Positions 26,588-39,894 of a stretch of 64,000 nucleotides of DNA are shown here, in pieces (the first letter of the stretch is position 1; the number at the start of each line of letters is the position of its first letter). Under the pieces are notes generated by a model. The model saw only the letters and a list, made by a program, of their open reading frames with translations. It was not told the origin of the DNA and ran no database searches. Origin of the DNA: Torpedo marmorata (Eukaryota); assembly GCA_977017645.1 (NCBI GenBank), contig CDRNVU010000061.1, positions 124,001-188,000 of the forward strand, in the 5' to 3' direction. The position numbers and the translations under genes were made by a program.

Positions 26588-26785
26588 CTGCAGGAAATAA
26601 TACAATGAAAAGTTACTACCAAGTGCGTACAATTTTATCAATGTGACTTTATGCACAGGGTCAGTACAGTTTCCCTGATCAGGCCGCTACACGGTTTCCC
26701 CGCCAGGGGACCAGACCGGCAGCACTTAACGGGTTTGTTTGCGGTTCGCCAATCCACTGACACTGGACTCACGTGTAGAACCGGG

Positions 26786-28010
26786 TGTTACGAACTAGAT
26801 CAGCTGCAATGGCAACAACCAAGACAATGGTATATTCAAAAACAATAATTTTTATTATTAATTATTAATAACATAAAATCTTACTTATCTCTAAATTTCA
26901 ACTTAACCCCACTATACGAAAATGTATATCTGTGTGTATGTGTCAAAAGCAAAACCATTACATTTCGAGTATAATTCTGAAGAGATGATTTGAAAGTTCC
27001 GTCTCAGAAACCATTTGTGTTGAAACTCAGTCTTTACTGCTGTTCAAAAGCAATTATCGAGTAAGTGTGAGGCTTTAGATTCTTTAAATTGTTGCTCAAA
27101 AGAAATAATGAAGTATTTTGAAACATCAAGGCATGAGACCTCTTTAGACCTCACGAATCTCTTGATGCGTTGCTTTCAGAGAAATGTTCCTTTATACGAA
27201 TGAATTTCCTCTATTGCTTGGAGATTTTAGGAATCTTTGTTCAATACGATGAATCTGTCCTCTTTTCCAAAGAGACAGCGAAGTGGCTATTTACTCCCAC
27301 GATGATTTCACACCTAGACAAGGGCTGAACGAAGTGGTATACAAAAATAGACACAGTAGAATCTGCCCTCTTTGTCTGAAAGAGACAGACAGAAGTGATC
27401 TTCCTCCTCCAAAAGCCACTAATTCTGTGTTCTCCCTTTGACTAGGAGTAACATGTAACAGTACCTTTTCTGGCTACTGTATTTTAAATCTTGTCTTCCA
27501 CACACAGGGTGGCCAAGCAACTGCTTTCCATTTTCAAAATGTTTCTGTTTTCAGTAATATCTTTTCTCAATATCAGGTGACATGACATCATCACTGTTTT
27601 GGTTTCATTTCTCTAAAAACATGAATCAAGGCGATGGCCTTTTTAAGTTACTTTATATCTAAATTCTGAAAGCATCTGACCTCTACTCTGTCCATATTTA
27701 TGTGATTATGACTCCGGATAGACTGACTGCCGTCAGTCAGCAGAATGCTGTGTGTACACAAAAATGCTTTTAAGCAACCACCAATTGTTCTTGAGTTTCA
27801 ATGAAGAACCACTTCAGTTTTTATGGCTCTGTTTTTTAAGATGTGTCGACACCGAAAACTCCCATCTGCAACTTCAAAAAGGATTCGCTGAGAGTAATTG
27901 TGTCTGTAAATTGCAAATGTGCCATGTCCACCCACAAACTAACTAAACTAAGATATTTATAATTTAATAACTTTACTTTAAAAAATAGTATTAACACAAA
28001 TCTGTTACAT
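26786..28010 (-). repeat. 3' LTR of the intronic Gypsy element
   Basis: TGTTA/TGTAACA termini, adjacent to a purine-rich PPT-like stretch and the RNase H end. Direct repeat of 37414-38463. Confidence 0.88.
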
Positions 28011-28249
28011 CTCGTTCCCACGGAAGAATTTCTGAGCTTCCTAAAGGTCAAAATTTTAAACTGAAATCTACCATTTATTTGGTATATTTTACTTTATTAT
28101 ACAATATAATACAAACAAATATTGCAGAAGCAACATGCAAATTCATCATCTGGATAGGCAATCAGAAATCACATTATCTTTGTCTTTAATATGAGTTATC
28201 CTTAAATAATATTCTTGAAAATTAAACTCCAGTTTAATAACCGTCTATT

Positions 28250-28533
28250 TTCTCCCTTTAACTCGGAGTAACATATAACAGTACCTTTTCTGGCTACTAT
28301 ATTTTCAGTCCTGTCTTCCACACACAGGATGGCCAAGCAACTGATATCCGGTTTAAAAATGTCTCTGTTTTCAGTAATATCGTTTCTCAAATTCATGTGG
28401 GTTAGGGAGGGGGAAGGGAGGGAGGGGATGGTGAAAGTATATCACATGAATTTTGATAATTTAGTTTTTTATAAACATGCATTATCGTGTGATTTTAAAT
28501 TTAAATTAAATATATATTTTAAAAAATTTTTTA
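28250..28533 (+). mobile_element. Chimeric insertion: LTR-derived fragment plus L1 3' tail, with 11-bp TSD
   Basis: AACCGTCTATT at 28239-28249 and 28534-28544. 28250-28395 matches LTR 27431-27575, and 28396-28533 matches the L1 3'UTR at 375-510. Confidence 0.8.
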
Positions 28534-29264
28534 AACCGTCTATTGTATGTTCCAATTTACTGAAAAACACGAAAGGATTGCGGTCAGTGCAAACCACAAT
28601 TGATCCTATAGCATTGCAAATATATACCTCAAAATGTTGCAAAGCCCATACAAGGGACAATAATTCTTTTTCAATAGTAGAATAATTATTTTGGTGTTGA
28701 TTGAATTTCTTAGGCTTGTGACATAAAATCGCTTTTAGTTTGTCAATAGATTCCTGACAAATGGTTGTCCAAATAAACATTTCACTCTGTTTCAAAAGAT
28801 TACTCAGTGGAATGGCAACGTCAGCATTTTTTGTTTACAAAACTCTCTATAATAAACCACCATTCCTAAAAAAAATCTCCTATCATCTTTCTTACCAGTG
28901 GGTAGGGGAAATTCAAAAATTGTCTGAACGTTCGCTTGCATAGGTGCCAAATTTCCGTGTCCAACAAGATAACCAAGATATGTAACTGTTGCATGACCAA
29001 ATTCACTTTTTGCTAAATTAACAGTAAGTTTTGCTACTAAACGTTTGTTAAACAATTTCTCTACTGCAAACATGTGTGCTTCCTCAGTGTCATTCCCAGT
29101 AACAAAGTCATCAATATAAGCATCTGTGTGTTATAAATCTTGAGTCACAGAATTAATCATTCTTTGAAATGTTCTTGGAGAATTCTGCATTCCAAGTGGT
29201 AAAACCTTATATTCATATATACCTTTCTTTTTAAAATATTTTATTGAGTTTAACATACACCACA

Positions 29265-31496
29265 AATCCAACTGCCGCCGAGACATCAACCGTCTCAACT
29301 TCACCACTCCCCACTCGTATTCCAACCTCACCTCCTCAGAACGCTCTGCCCTCCACACTCTCCCCAAGAATCCCAACCTCACCATCAAACCCGCAGACAA
29401 GGGCGGTGCGGCTGTGGTCTGGCGCACTGACCTCTACCTTGCCGAGGCCAGTCGACAACTCTCAGACACCTCCTCCTACCGACCCCTCCCACAGGACCCC
29501 ACAACAGCACATCAAGCCACTGTCTCCAACACCATCTCCGACCTCATCACCTACGGTCACCTCCCCTCCACGGCCACAACCTCATTCTCCCCCACCCCCG
29601 CACTTCCCGTTTCTATCTTCTACCCAAGATACACAAACCCAACCATCCGGGCAGACCCATTGTTTCTGCCTGCTCCTGCCCCACCGAACTAGTTTCATCT
29701 TACCTTGACTCCATCTTTTCTCCCCGGTCCAATCCCTCCCCACCTACATCCGCGACACTTCACATGCCCTCCATCTCCTCAATGACTTCAGATTCCCTGA
29801 ACCGGACCGCATCATCTTCACCATGGATGTCCAATCCCTTTATACCTCTATCCCCCACACAGAAGGTCTGAAAGCACTTCGCTTCTTCCTGGACCAAAGA
29901 CCCGACCAGTCACCTTCTACCACCACCCTCCTCCGCCTGGCAGAACTTGTCCTCACTCTCAATAACTTATCCTTCAACTCATCCCACTTCCTCCAAATCA
30001 AAGGAGTAGCCATGGGTACCCTCATGGGTCCCAGCTACGCCTGCCTGTTTGTGGGCTTTGTGGAGCAATCCATGCTGCAAGCCTACACAGGCAAGACCCC
30101 TCATCTCTTCCTCCGGTATATCGACGACTACATCGGGGCTGCCTCATGCACCCACGATGAGCTTGTCAACTTCATCCACTTCGCATCCAACTTTCACCAC
30201 GATCTCAAACTCACCTGGTCCATCTCCGATAACACTCTCCCCTTCCTGGATCTCTCTGTCTCCATCTCGGGAGACAAGCTTTCCACCGACATTTACTACA
30301 AACCCTCCAACTCCCACAAGTATCTGGACTACACATCCTCACACCCTGTCCCCTGCAAGGACTCCATCCCCTTCTCTCAATTTCTCCGCCTCCGCCGCAT
30401 CTGTTCCCAAGATGAGGTGTTCCACTCCAGATCTTGTGAAATGTCTGCCTTTTTCCACAAACGTGGCTTCCCCTCCACCACCATCAACTCAGCCCCCACC
30501 CGCATATCCTCCATTTCCCGCTCATCTGCCCTGGCCCCCTCTGCCCCCAGACGCAACAAACATAGAATACCCCTCATCCTCACCTACCACCCAACCAGCG
30601 TCCGCATCCAACACATTATCCGCCGGAATTTCCGGCACTTGCTGCAGGATCCCACCACCAGACACATTTTTCCTTCTCCTCCCCTCTCGGCCTTCCGTAG
30701 GGACCGCTCCCTCCGCGATTCACTCGTGCACTCGTCCCTCCCCACCCATCGCACCCCCGGAACCTTCCCCTGTGCCCGCAGGGGGTGAAACACCTGCGCC
30801 CACACCTCCCCCCTCACCACGGTCCAGGGCCCCAAACAGGCCTTACAAGTGAAACTGCACTTCACTTGTACATCTAGAGAACTTATTTACTGCATCCGGT
30901 GCTCCCTTTGTGGCTTTCTATACATTGGAGAGACCGGTCGTAGATTGGGAGACCGCTTTGCTGAGCACCTCCTCTCCGTCCGCAAGAACAGCGACCTCCC
31001 AGTAGCCAACCATTTCAATTCTGGGTCATACTCCCACACTCACATGTCTGTCCATGGCCTCATGTACTATCCCACCCAGACTAACCGCAAATTGGAGGAA
31101 CAACATCTCATATTCCGTCTCGGCACTCTCCAGCCAGATGGCATTAACATTGACTTTTCTGCTTTCCACTAAACCTGCTTGTTGTGCCCTTCCCCTCCCC
31201 CTCACCTGTCCTTCCTGTTTTTTACACCCACCCAGCCATCCCTCCTCACCCTCTTTGCTGCTGTCCCCTCCCTCCTTTCTCCACCTATCATCTCCTGCCT
31301 TTGCCACCCCCTTCCCCCCTCACTCCTTTCTTCGGACGCCTGCCGGCATTTTCTCATACTTTGAAGAAGGGCTCAAGCCCGAAACGTCGGTTATGTATTT
31401 CTACCTTTGCTACATAAAAGACACTGTTTGACCTGCTGAGTTCTCCATCATTTGTGTTTTTTACTTCAACCACGGTGTCTACAGATTTTCGTGTTT
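29265..31496 (+). mobile_element. Penelope-like element (RT + GIY-YIG endonuclease)
   Basis: IKPADKGGAAV, MDVQSLYTSIP, GVAMGT, RYIDD, LPFLD; GIY-YIG LIYCIRCSLCGFLYIGETGRRL..RF.EH. Possible TSD ACCACA (29259-29264, 31497-31502). Confidence 0.93.
31355..31399 (+). ncRNA. Minimal hammerhead-ribozyme-like motif at the Penelope 3' end
   Basis: TTGAAGA-a-GGGC-TCAA-GCCC-GAAAC-GTCG-GTTA with ATAC/GTAT flanks. It resembles the CUGANGA..GAAA core known from Penelope elements but has C3->U. Confidence 0.55.
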
Positions 31497-31835
31497 ACCA
31501 CATATACATGATCCGTAATAGACGGATAGTACATATTTTCGTATGCATATAGTATAACTTATTCGTACTACATGGAAGCATATTCATATAGATCACAATT
31601 ATATGCTATTTAATTTAAAAAATAAACAGTAATAGACATAGCTATACACCTTTCCCAATTACTCCAAATAATAAAGGAAACATACAGAAAAGAATAAAAA
31701 GAAAAAAAAAGAAAAAAGAAAAACAACTAACCTACTTCTATTCTAACCCCTTCCTCTAATCAAGATTGCCATTTAAAGAAAAATAAAGAGTACAAATATG
31801 AATTGAACAGCGACCTCCTGAGCTCAGACAAAGAC

Positions 31836-33099
31836 TCCATGAATGTTATTATGGGGCACGTTAAGCTTCTGTTACCCCCCTCACTGGACCCCCTGCATTT
31901 CGCAGAAAGATCAAAGCGCTCCACAGATGATGCCATCATTACCACCCTCAACCTAGCCCTCACCCACCTGGAAAATAAGGACGCGTATGTTCGAATGCCG
32001 TTTATTGACTTCAGCTCGGCATTCAAAACGATCACACCTCAGTACCTGATAGGGAAGATGAGCGGGCTGGGCCTAAACTTTACCCTCTGTAATTGGATTC
32101 TAGACTTCCTGATGGGAAGACCTCAGGCAGTCCGGATTGGAAACAGCACTTCTACGGTCATTACTTTGAGTACGGGGGCTCCCCAGGGCTGCGTACTTAG
32201 TCCATTTCTGTTCGCCCTGCTGACTCATGACTGTGCAGCAAAACACAGCTCGAATCACATCATAAAGTTCGCTGATGATACGACCGTGGTGGGCCTTATT
32301 ACTAAGAACGATGAGTCAGCATACAGAGATGAGGTGCAATCGCTGATGGAATGGTGCGGAGCCAACAACCTGCATCTGAATGTAAACAAAAAGAAAGAGT
32401 TGGTTGTCGACTTCAGAAAGCCTGGGGGGATCATTCCCCATTGACCATGGACGGCTCTACCGTTGAGGTCGTATAGAGTACCAAGTTTCTTGGAGTGCAC
32501 TTGGCGGAGAGTCTCAGCTGGTCCCTCAACACCGGTTACAAAGTCAAGAAAGCCCAGCAGCGTCATTACTTCCTGTGGAGGCTGAGAAATGTTCATCTCC
32601 CACCCCCTATCCTTACTACATTCTACAGGGGATGTATTGAGAGTATTCCGAACAATTGCATCACCGCTTGGTTTGGACACTGTACCATCTCGGACCGAAA
32701 GACCCAGCAGAGGATAGTGGGGTCAGCGGATAAAATTATTGGTGTCTCTCTCCCCACCATGACGGACATCTACAACACACGATGCATTCGGAAGTATAAA
32801 TACATTGTGAATGACTTCTCACACCCCTTTGGTAAACCTTTTCCCTTTTGCCATCTGGAAGGAGGTACCGAAGCACTGGGGCTCGTACGTCCAGACTGTG
32901 CAACAGTTTTTTCTCCCAAGCAATCAGGTTCCTCAATTCCTATATATATATGTGTATTAGCATCTTATAGACTTTTTTATTGTATTATAATATTTATGTA
33001 CAACTGTCCATGGTCCTGGAGAAGCGCTATCTCGTCTTACTGTGTATATGGTAATGAACGACAAATAAAGGTGACTTCACTTGACTTTACCTGACTTGA
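31836..33099 (+). mobile_element. Rex1/Babar LINE 3' part
   Basis: [44 protein letters not shown]; AATAAA + GACTT-type tail. Close relative of 23288-24065. Confidence 0.92.
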
Positions 33100-36000
33100 G
33101 TGGGCCCCAAATCTTATCAAATTGAAAGTTATTGTCTTTAATGTATCTAATTGTCTCTAGACTTAAACAAGACATTACATCGTGTAACCACTGTGTATGC
33201 TTAGGGGGAGGAATCTTCTATCTATTTCAATAGAATTGCCTATTGGCCATCAGCATAGTAAAAGGTAAAACTTTCTCCTGATTTGCAGAGATAAGTATAT
33301 CCGGTGCTCGATAAAATCCAAATAAAACAATCAATGGGCATGGTTGTATTTTAATCTTAATAATCGTCGATAAAATGTGAAATATATTTCCCCAAACACC
33401 TCCGAGATTTGGACATTCTCAAAACATATGAATCAATGTAGCTTCAAAAAATTACTTTTCTCACGTGGTGGGTCAATATAAGCATAAAAACGAGATAATT
33501 TGAGTTTAGACATGTGTACTCTGTGTACCACTTTAAATTGTAATAAACAGTGCCTAGCACAGAATTTGGAATCATTGATTAAACTAAGAGTAGAGTGCCA
33601 ATCTTCGTCTGAAAAAGTTATGTTCAAATCATGCTCCCAATCACTCTTAATGCCAGTCATTGAAACTGATTTTAAATTCAACAACTCACTATAGATCCAT
33701 GAATTAATTCCACCATGAACAAAGTGCAAGTTAAACAATAAGTCAAGAATATTTTCTTCGTGAATACGAGGAAAATCCGACAGTTTAGACTGAACAAAAT
33801 GACCAACTTGTAAGTATCTAAAACAATGTCTATCAGAAAGATTAAAGTAAGTTGATAATTGTTCAAAGGAAGCGAAGATATCTCGAATAAAAATATATTT
33901 ATAATTTTAACAACTAATCTATACCATTCTTTAAACCCCACATTTAACTCCGATGGCTGAAAAAGATGATTATCTATTATAGGAATAGGAAGAGAGAAAC
34001 CGTTATAACCAAAACATTTTCTAAATTGAGCCAATATTCTCAACCAGTTTCTCGTTATCGGATTATTTATCAATTTAGAAAAGGGGAAAGGTAAAAAGGA
34101 ACCTACCATTGCCAACATAGATGATTTTTTGGAAAATTACAGTTCCATTTCTACCCAGGAAGGGCTAATCGCCAATTTGTCTACATATAATAATAAAAGT
34201 AAAATGCGTATATAAGTCGCCCAATAATAGAATCTAAAATTTGTAAGTGATAATCCCCCTTCCTTTTAATCTTTTGCAAATGGGCTTTATTTATACGTGG
34301 TTGTTTTCCCTGCCACATGTATGACGAAATAATTGAATCTTATGAATTAAAGAAAGATTTAGGAACGTAAATTGGTACAGCATGACAGATATACAAATAG
34401 TTCGGTAAAATATTCATTTTAATCGAATTGATTCGTCCAATCATTGTAATAGGGGTGACCATCCCGATATTTGTAATTTAGTCTGATTAAGTAATACCAA
34501 AAAAAATCTTTAAATACATCTTTATAATTTTTTGTAATTGTAATTCCTAAGTATTGAAATTTGTCGTTAGCTATTTTAAACGGGAAATTAGAATAATTCA
34601 AAAAATATCCTTTTCAAGGAAGTAATTCACTTTTATGCAAATTTAATTTACAACCTGAAAATTGACAAATTTGAGCAAGCAGTTAACATGTTCGGTATAG
34701 AAACCTCAGGATTTGAAATAAAAAGCATTAAATCATTTGCATAGAGGGATACATTATGTTCGATTCCATTTCTAGTTATTCCTTTAAATTTTATACAGTG
34801 TCGAAGAGCAGAAGCCAGAAGTTCCAATACAATATCAAAAATCAAAGGACTTAATGGGTAACCTTGCCGCCTTCCTCTATTAAGTCTAAACTTTTTCGAA
34901 TGTTGTGAATTAGAACTAACCGACGCCATAGGACATGAATATAATAATTTGATCCATTTGATAAAATCGGAATCAAATTTACATTTTTACTGAGTAGCAA
35001 ATAAATATTCCCATTCCACCAGATCAAACGCTATCTCGTCGTCTAATTAAGGAACGCATTCAGTCGTTGGGGTGAATGGTGAATATAATATATTCAATAA
35101 TCGATGTATAGTATAATAAGAATAACGATTTTCTTTAAAACCAGTATGATCTGAATCAATAATTGTATGTAAAATGTTTTCTAATCAATGTGCCACAACT
35201 TTAGATAATATTTTCATGTCAACGTTTAGTAATGAAACGGGTCTATACGATGCACATTCTGTTGGTTCTTTTCCTTTTTTTAGAATAGAATATATTCTGG
35301 CGTCATTAAAAGATGAGGGTAGCTTCTGCTCCCCAAATGATACATCAAGCACAGTAATTAAATGAAGTTAAAGCCATTTGGAAAATGATTTATAAAATTC
35401 AACAGGGAAACCGTCTGGGCCTGGAGATTTACCAGATTATAAGGAAGAGATAGCCAGGGATATTTCCTCCTGAACAATAGGTGCTTCCAAACTTATACGC
35501 TTTGCCTGAATGATGCGATTTTAACCCTGGCCCATAGCACACCCTTAGGTGGGCAACTTGGGGTAAAGAAAACTATTTATAAAATAACGTAACAGTTTTA
35601 TTGGCCTAGTCTGAGAAAATATGTTGTGACATTTTGTAGGACCTGTTACACTTGTCAGCCTGCGGAAAAACCTAATCAAGGTCCCACAGCGGCAGCTTTA
35701 GAAGCCATTCCTGTTTTTGGAGAACCTTTTTCTTAAGTTATTGTGGATTGTCTTGGTCCATTGATCCATTGCCCAAAAAAAACTGAGAATGAGTCTTTGT
35801 TTACTATTATGTGTACAGCTTCCAGATTTCAAGAAGCCATACCACTTAGGAATTTTAAAGGTAAGACCGTGTCTTGTGCTCTTGTGAAATTTTGCACTTT
35901 CTTTCGTTTGCCTGAAGAAATATAGTCAGATCAGGGGAGTAATTTTATGTCAGGAGTGTTTCAGCAGTTATTTTATAAATTGAGAGCTAAACAAACCACA

Positions 36001-37413
36001 TCATCTGCATATCACCAAGAATCTCAAGGAGACTTGGATAGGTTCCATTCTACTTTAAATCCATGATGAGAACTTAAGGATTGGGATCAAGGTGTTCATT
36101 TACTTTTGTTTGCAGTAAGAGATTCTGTTCAATAATCATTAAGTTTTATTCATTTTGAGTTGGTATTTGAACATGAAGTTAGAGGACCTTTAATGTTGCT
36201 AAAGAAACAATTGGGTTAATAAGGATGTGCACTTGAATTTGTTAGATTATGTTTCAATGTTTCAAGATCGCTGGAAGAATGACAATAAGATAGCTGAGGA
36301 GAATTTGGAAGTGGCTCAAGTTAAAATGAAAGTATGGTATGACATAAACGCCAGAGAGACAATTTTTAAACCAGGGGATAAAGTGTTAATTCTGTTCCCG
36401 ATAAATTATAATCCTCTTAGAGCCAAATGTCCAAGACCTAATGAGATAGAATCCAAGGTTAATGAATTCAATTACGTGGTTAAAACACCTGATAGGAGAC
36501 GTAAAGCACAGAGTTGTCATGTTAACATGTTAAATCATTATGTTGAGAACTTGGGTTTCAGACAGAAGCAGCCTTCCCCAGAGGTAACGGTTATTAATAA
36601 AATTTCAGCGTTTAGGAGCTATACCCTGGTGAACAACTGTCCATTCTTCGTTTGCAACGATATGAAGTGACCTCCACTTCCACATCAACACATTTTCATT
36701 TAAATAATATCCAACTGGCACATTCATAATTTCGTCAGCAGAGAGCGCTTTATCTCTCACTTCAACAAGATCAAGCTCCGTTTTCTTCCTTTTTCTAGAT
36801 AATGACAAATCCTTTTACCGGTCATTACTCTCAAATTTAACACCAGAACTCTGGTCGAACAAAGAAAATTTTAAAGTGTCTGACAAGCCATCACAGCTTG
36901 ACTGCTGCTGTGTCTCACAAACTGCCGACCCCTTTAAATTAATTTGCACAGCAATTTCTTTGCTGGAACTAATTCCCCATTTATTTCCTAACTTAATTGG
37001 GTACTGTATATTACCTTCTAAAAAATGTCGATTGGCCACAAATCTCACCTTGTGAGCATACTCATCTGCAAATGTAGCAGACTTTTTCCAAGCTTCCATT
37101 TCTCTCTCCAATTCCTTTTCATTTACTGCTTCCTCAGATTTAATTATTACTATCTCTCTCTTAATTGTACATTTTTACTTGCTCCATCTGTTCCAATTCT
37201 TGAACAATAAGCAACAAATAATTCTTTGTCGCCCCCTTCTGGTCTGCACATTTGGCGTTGCCAAAAAGATACCAAACCCTTTGCTGCTGCTTCCACACAC
37301 ACACACACACCTTTTAATTGGCTTTCAAAAATAAATGTTACCAAACAAATCGAAAATTAATCGATAACTAAGCTCCAAATTCTGTTCAAAATCCCGGACA
37401 CGATCCCCCAAAT

Positions 37414-38463
37414 ATGTCACAAACTAGATCAGCAGCAATGGTAATAACCAAGACAATGGTGTTACCAAAAACAATATTTTTCATTATAATATATTGATAA
37501 CATAATTTCTTACTTAACTCTAAACTTAACTCTAACTTAACCCCACTATGCGAAAATGTATATATGTGTGTGTGTGGCAAAATCAAAGCCATTACAGTTC
37601 AGGTATAATTCTGAAGAGATGATTTTAAATTTCAGTCTCATAAAGCTTTTGTGTTGAAACTCAAAGTCTTTACTGCTGTTCAAAAGCAATTATCGAGTAA
37701 GTGAGAGGCATTAGATTTCTTTAAATTGTTGCTCAAAGGCAATAATGAAGTATTTTGAAACATCAAGTCATTAGACATCTTTATAACTCACGAATCTATT
37801 GAGTTGTTTTTAGAGCAATGTTTCTTTATACGAATGATTGTCCTCTCTTGCTTAGAAATTTTCGGAATCTTTGTTCCACACGATGAATCTGTCCTCTTTT
37901 CCAAACAGACAGCGAACTGGCTATTTTCTTCCACGATGATTTCACGCCCAGACAAGGGCTGAACCATGTGCCTTCCGAAAATAGACACAGTATAATCTGT
38001 CTCTTTATCTGAAAGAGACAGACAGAAGTAGTCTTTTTCCTCCAAAAGCTACTTATTCTGTGTTCTCCCTTTGACTTGAATCACGGCACGTGGCCATTTA
38101 AAGTTCATTTACATCTAAATGCTAAAAGCATCTGACCTCATCTCTGTCCAAAATTATCAGTGATTATGACTCCGGATAGTCTGGCTGCCATCAGCCAGCA
38201 GAATGCTGTGTGTACACAAAAATGATTTAAGCAACCACCCATTGTTCTTGAGTTTCAATTAAGGACCACTTCAGTTTTATGGCTTTGGTTTTCAAGGCGC
38301 GTCGACTCCGAAAACTCCCAGCTGCAATTTCAAAAAGGATTCTGAGAGTAATTGTGTCTGTAAAATGGAAATGTGCCCTGTCCACACACAAACTAACTTT
38401 ACTAAGATGTATATAATTCTATACCTTAAATTTAAATATTAATATTAACACAAATCCGTTACC
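37414..38463 (-). repeat. 5' LTR of the intronic Gypsy element (about 180-bp internal deletion relative to the 3' LTR)
   Basis: Colinear with 26786-28010, followed on the minus strand by the PBS and gag remnants (FADEYAHK). Confidence 0.88.
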
Positions 38464-39894
38464 CCGGGACCTCGTCAATTTTCCCCACCGAAGTCAACCG
38501 GGGGGAGGATTTTGTTTTGATATGGGAAGGGTGCTTTTGGATGTTTTAGTTCATTAATGGACATTTTCCTGATTACATTTGTATCTGATCCCTGGGGTAT
38601 GTCCTTTGGCGCATTCATTCTCCATTTGGTTGTTACTTGCGGGCAAAGGAACATGGAGTGAAGTTGCTCGTTTAATTATAAATTGAATTGACAAAATTAT
38701 TGTGCTTTACATTAACATGTCAGGTCGGCGTATTTGGACATTATTAATTTTTTAAATTACCACATTTTAAAATATTCTAAATGGCATTACGCCAGATCAG
38801 GATCAAAAGTTGTTGAGATGGAGAAGGCGTTCTGACCACAGGAGATATTTAAATTTTCCCAAGCATATGAAAGGAGAGTGACTCACATCATCCCGATAAA
38901 GGTTATTTTCAACTCCCTGACCAGCGCCACGTTGGGCATATGTGGCATCGAGGCATCCTGGGCGTGGGGAGTGGTAGAACGGAAGAGGTTAACGTGAAAG
39001 CCACACCGCGCCCGAGGTAAAAAGGAGGAAAATAAACACTGCATGCTACATTGGCTGTTAAATTAAGAAAAGTGGGTTAGCAAGACTTGCACAAGAAATG
39101 AAAGAGAATGCAATGTGTGCCAGACAATTTCATGTAATCAGTGCAAGACGTCTGACAGGTAAAGAGGAGGAAGTCAGGGAATTGTTATTTACATGCGAGC
39201 GGTATTCAAGCATAACTGAGGTTTGACTGATAAAAGGGCAGGCTGGCAGATGTGGAATGCGAGGATGATTTGGAAGTAAGAAAGGTGGCAGTGTTCCGTT
39301 TTTGAAAAGAGCACACAACAGGGAGAACTCGGAGAAAATATTCCTGGGCAAAAGTCCAATGAAGCAATAGGGAACGAACATAACATTCTAAAAGTGATAC
39401 CCACGTTGACGTGGATTTACTTGGGGACCCCGACGATCAGAAGGAAATAGAGGAGCAAATGTGCAAGGAGGTCACAGCCAGATGAAGAGATAAATGTGTT
39501 GGAAAAGTACGCAATTGCGTCTTCAAACGGTTGCATCGGACAAAATACGTCGAATGCGTCCAACAAAATTTTATTTAAAAAAATATGTCGAATGTCAAAC
39601 CAGAGAGGGTACATAACTACACCTCCCCTTGTAAAAGGTGCAAGGCAAGTGACTGAGGTTACAGGAGAAGAACACTGCGACGAGTGTCTATAACTATTTT
39701 TGCTTTTATCTGGTTATTGCATTACTCGTTCACAATTAACTGTAATCAGTTGGAATAAGGTCGACTTTGATGTCGTTATTGATTATTAAAATATTTTTGC
39801 AGATAACGTGACGTCAAGCAAAGGTAACAAATCGAACGCAGAGACGGGAAAGTCATGTACCTATTTGCATGAAGGGCAAATCCGGAATTATTAA

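Larger units (their letters stand above)
29224..35500 (-). mobile_element. 5'-truncated L1-like LINE (same family as 11936-14409), split by Penelope and Rex1
   Basis: ORF2 remnants at 33100-35500 (GKSPGPDGF, RQGYPLSPL, LLQFKVVHR), 3'UTR at 31503-31830 and an AATAAA tail at 29224-29258. Confidence 0.82.
26786..38463 (-). mobile_element. Two-LTR Gmr1-like Gypsy provirus, decayed and heavily nested, inside the GPCR intron
   Basis: LTRs at 37414-38463 (5') and 26786-28010 (3'). CCGGG flanks both ends (26781-26785, 38464-38468). Degenerate tRNA-Pro-type PBS TGGGGGATCGTGTCCGGGAT at about 37391-37410. RT/RH remnants at 28130-29220 (NYSTIEKELL, KDNVISDCLSR) and integrase at 35505-36810. Confidence 0.88.

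Noticed and set aside
30049-30852. 267-aa Pro/Ser/Thr-rich ORF overlapping the Penelope RT
   Set aside because: Shadow frame of a C-rich strand with no motifs.
38470-39890. Possible unique intronic element
   Set aside because: Partly very old CR1 endonuclease-like remnant; nothing else supportable by eye.
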